Shown here in pieces: positions 61,030 to 64,000 of a DNA stretch of 64,000 nt. Every line of letters starts with the position of its first letter. Position 1 is the first letter of the stretch. Made by a program: the position numbers and the translations under genes. Source of the DNA: Octopus sinensis (lineage: Eukaryota); assembly GCF_006345805.1 (NCBI RefSeq), contig NC_042998.1, positions 174,654,001 through 174,718,000 on the forward strand. Reading direction: 5' to 3'. The notes beneath the pieces were generated by a model. That model was not told where the DNA came from. It saw only the letters and a list, made by a program, of their open reading frames with translations, and made no database searches.

Positions 61030-62348
61030 ATATCAAAGAATCTGTTGCTTTCAAACCTACTTTATGAAACTTAGCATGAGCAAAGTTCAGGGTGCTCCTG
61101 CCTCTGCTGGCAACTAAGGTCCTCTCGCTCAGAGTGAAAGGTAGACTGTATGGTGCATGTGTGCAAACTGCCATGCTACGCAGCAGTGAAACATGGGCCA
61201 TGACTGTTGAGGACATGCATAGGCTTGAAAGAAATGAAGCTGGTATGATTCACTGGATGTGTAAAGTCAGTGTGCATACACGACAGACTGTAAGCATCTT
61301 GAGAGAAAAGTTGGGCATAAGAAGCATCAAATGTGGTGTGCAAGAAAGATGACTGCGCTGGTATGGTCATGTGTCATGTATGGATGAGGACAGCTGTGTG
61401 CAAAAATGCCACTCCCCAACTGTGGAAGAGGTAGACTCTGGAAGACATGGGATGAGGTGGTGAAGCATGACCTTTGAACATTGGACCTCAGAGGCAATGA
61501 CAGGAGACCAAAACCTTTGGAGATATGCTGTGATTGAGAAGACCTGGCAACTAAAGTGAGATTACAGTCATGCATATCCAGCCCAGTTACGAGTACTCCT
61601 GATGCATTGGGTGATATGATATGCTTGAGAAGACCTGTTGAGTCAAATAAAACCGATATCATATCTGTGGCCAATGCCTGCTGACTGGCTCCCATACCGG
61701 TGGCATGTAAAAAGCACCATCCAAGCGTGGTTGATGCCAGGTCCACCTCACTGGCCTTTGTGGTGGTAGCACATAAAAAGCACCATCCGAACATGGCTGA
61801 TGCCAGTAACCCCCAACTGGTTCACATGCTGGTAGCAAATAAAAAGCAGTAGCCAAACGTGATCAATGCCAGGACTTCCTGACTGGCCCCTGTGCTGGTG
61901 ACATGTAAAAAGCACCATCCGAACATGGCTGATGCCAGTATCTCCTGACTGGCTCCCATGCTGGTGGAATATAAAAAGCACCATCCATACGTGGCCGATG
62001 CCAGTACCCCCTAACTGGCTCCCATGCCAGTAACATGTAAAAAGCACCATTCAAACGTGGCCAATGCTAGTACTCTCTGACTGGCCCCCATGTCAGTGGC
62101 ACATAAAACACTCTATCCAAACATGATCGATGCTAGGCCTGCCTGACTGGCTCCTGTGCTGTTGGCACATAAAAAGCACCCACTACACACTCGGAGTGGT
62201 TGGCATTAGGAAGGGCATCCAGTTATAGAAACATTACCAGATCAGATTGGAGCCTGGTGCAGCAACTGGCTCTCCAGACCTCAGTCAAACCGTCCAACAT
62301 GGACGGCATGTCCAGCATGGAAAATGGACATTAAATGATGATAATGAT
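61030..62348 (+). mobile_element. RTE-clade LINE 3' end (ORF C-terminus to 61559, then 3' UTR identical in kind to family C)
   Basis: KFRVLLPLLATK..RVKGRLYGACVQTAML.SSETW...RLERNE..MIHWMC...LREKLG...LRWYGHV; the UTR continues into the VNTR and the (GAT)n tail. Confidence 0.88.
61699..62180 (+). repeat. 66-bp tandem repeat, 7 units plus a terminal partial unit
   Basis: Unit starts at 61699, 61765, 61831, 61897, 61963, 62029, 62095 and 62161. Confidence 0.9.
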
Positions 62349-63247
62349 GTAAGGATTAGGATGCCTGTACGGTCTGCAAGGGAAACAGAAAACTTATGAG
62401 GTCATATTCTATTGAATGTGCAATTTTCACCTGCATAAACAGTGGAGCACAAATGATCTTAGATGCTAGTATTAAGGTGATTAACCAATGTGTCTTGGAG
62501 AGATAACTGATCTATTCCAGGGAAGTGTGTGCTTCTGTGCAATCAGAAAGCACTGAAAAAAAAAGAGTTCTGCAACATTTGCAGAGAATCTCTTGGCAAG
62601 GAAGATGGATGAGCTCCATTAATAGACAACAGAACAGGCAAACTATACTTTTGGCATTACTTTTAAATTTTTGTCTAAGATTAGTAATATCCAGAATTGG
62701 AATCAACAAAAGTGATGAAAGAAAAGGTGAGTGAATCTAACGCTTTATATTTTGCTAGTTCGGAAGAGCAGGAACTGCTATAAATAACAGATAAAATATG
62801 GTTAACAGTTACTGCATGCTGGTTTTGTCGATGTCCTGGGAATATCCATGGATACAATCTACAATGTTTGCATTTGCATCAGTGCCAGATATGTGAATAG
62901 TATTCTATGAAATACTTAATATATAACAAGCGGCATTACAGAACTGAAAATGAAACACTAAGTAGTGTTTTAACTATCAAGAAACAATGCATCCTTTTAA
63001 ATATGATTTTGTCTGTTTAGAGGTCATCATAGAAAGGAAGGTATAACATTTGTAGAGACAAAAGTTTAAATTAGAAATTAATGAGGTTGCAATATTTTAG
63101 GTGTATCCAACATAAGTATATGTACTGATGCTTTTGCTTCTGTTCAAAAGATGTGTTCCAGAGCTTTACTTACAAAAACTGTGGACATCTGACATGATGT
63201 CTAGGCAGCTGACATGTAGATGACATAACACACATATGTGAAAGATT

Positions 63248-64000
63248 ATGGAAGAGAGGTATTGTCCTTACTGGACTTGTGGTAAAAGATTTACAACACA
63301 ATTTACATCAGGAACATACTCACACTTGTAAAGAATCATAGCTTTGTTATATTTGTGGTAAAATGTTTACACAGTTTGATTCATTAACTTCTCAATATAC
63401 TGTAAATCCTCGAGTATAATCCGCATTTTCTTCCCAAAATTTAAAGGTCAAAATCCCTGGTGTGTACTATATACAAGGTTAAAAATGAAAATTATTTTCT
63501 AAGCAATGTCCGAGTCTCTATTTGCTGTCTGGCAATGTTTATTCAGACGCATTTTGTGATGTCGGGAGTGAAAATACCTTAAGCTAAGCCTGAAAGCAAT
63601 GAAGTCATAAAAGAATCATTCATAACTTGCAATAAGCAACATTTATTAAACGTTATTACTGTTATTTCTTTATTTTCTGCAAACAAATGCACAAAAATGC
63701 TACATGTTTGCATTATGTTATATATACAATAATAATAAAGTACGTTACTGTATACATTTTTACAAACCAAGGACGTTATATAGACCTCCTTGACTCAAGT
63801 TAGAGAAGGAGTGTGTATTATACACAAGGTTTAGGTTTTTCCTAGGTACAACCCCCTAAAAATCCCCTGCATATTATACTCAAGGGCGGACTATACTCGA
63901 GGATTTACGGTACATTCATATTGGTGAGAAACCACATCACTGTGATATCTGTGGTAAAACATTCTTCAATAATTGTGATTTATCTTGTTATAGATATACT
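63248..64000 (+). pseudogene. C2H2 zinc-finger pseudogene (cluster gene 5), incomplete at window end
   Basis: GATT-ATG-GAA-GAG start context as in the paralogs; decayed fingers (TCGKRF, ES*LCYICGKMFTQFDSLTS, GEKPHHCDICGKTF); stops, frameshifts and a MITE insertion. Confidence 0.8.
63400..63910. mobile_element. Tc1/mariner-superfamily (pogo/Tc2-like) MITE
   Basis: TA|CTGTAAATCCTCGAGTATAATCCGC ... GCGGACTATACTCGAGGATTTACGG|TA (23/25 TIR match, TA TSD). Confidence 0.88.

Overview
AT-rich animal genomic DNA, most likely octopus or another coleoid cephalopod (inferred from the SINE/RTE repeats, microsatellite load and clustered C2H2 genes; no database check was possible). The backbone is a tandem, same-strand cluster of KRAB-less C2H2 zinc-finger paralogs. 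Three ORFs are intact (16245-17966, 34618-36159, 48589-50100), one has a single-base frameshift (56145-57508) and one is a MITE-disrupted pseudogene running off the end (from 63248). The paralogs share non-coding exon signals, a ~30-aa acidic leader, a stop codon at the same linker position and a downstream conserved block. The rest is transposon-derived. The most striking element is a young Penelope-like retroelement (25372-30141) with ~1 kb inverted arms, a GIY-YIG endonuclease remnant and two copies of a type I hammerhead ribozyme. A second, variant hammerhead-like motif lies at 38987-39024. An L1/Tx1-like 5' fragment is bracketed by two inward-facing CCAAT/TATA promoter-like repeats (7190-9508). 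Also present: R4/Dong-like, RTE, CR1-like and Gypsy remnants; hAT, Tc1/mariner, piggyBac and Helitron elements; several tRNA-derived SINE families, one moving as a dimer; and an RTE 3' UTR with a 66-nt VNTR. All alignments were made by eye and repeat boundaries are approximate.
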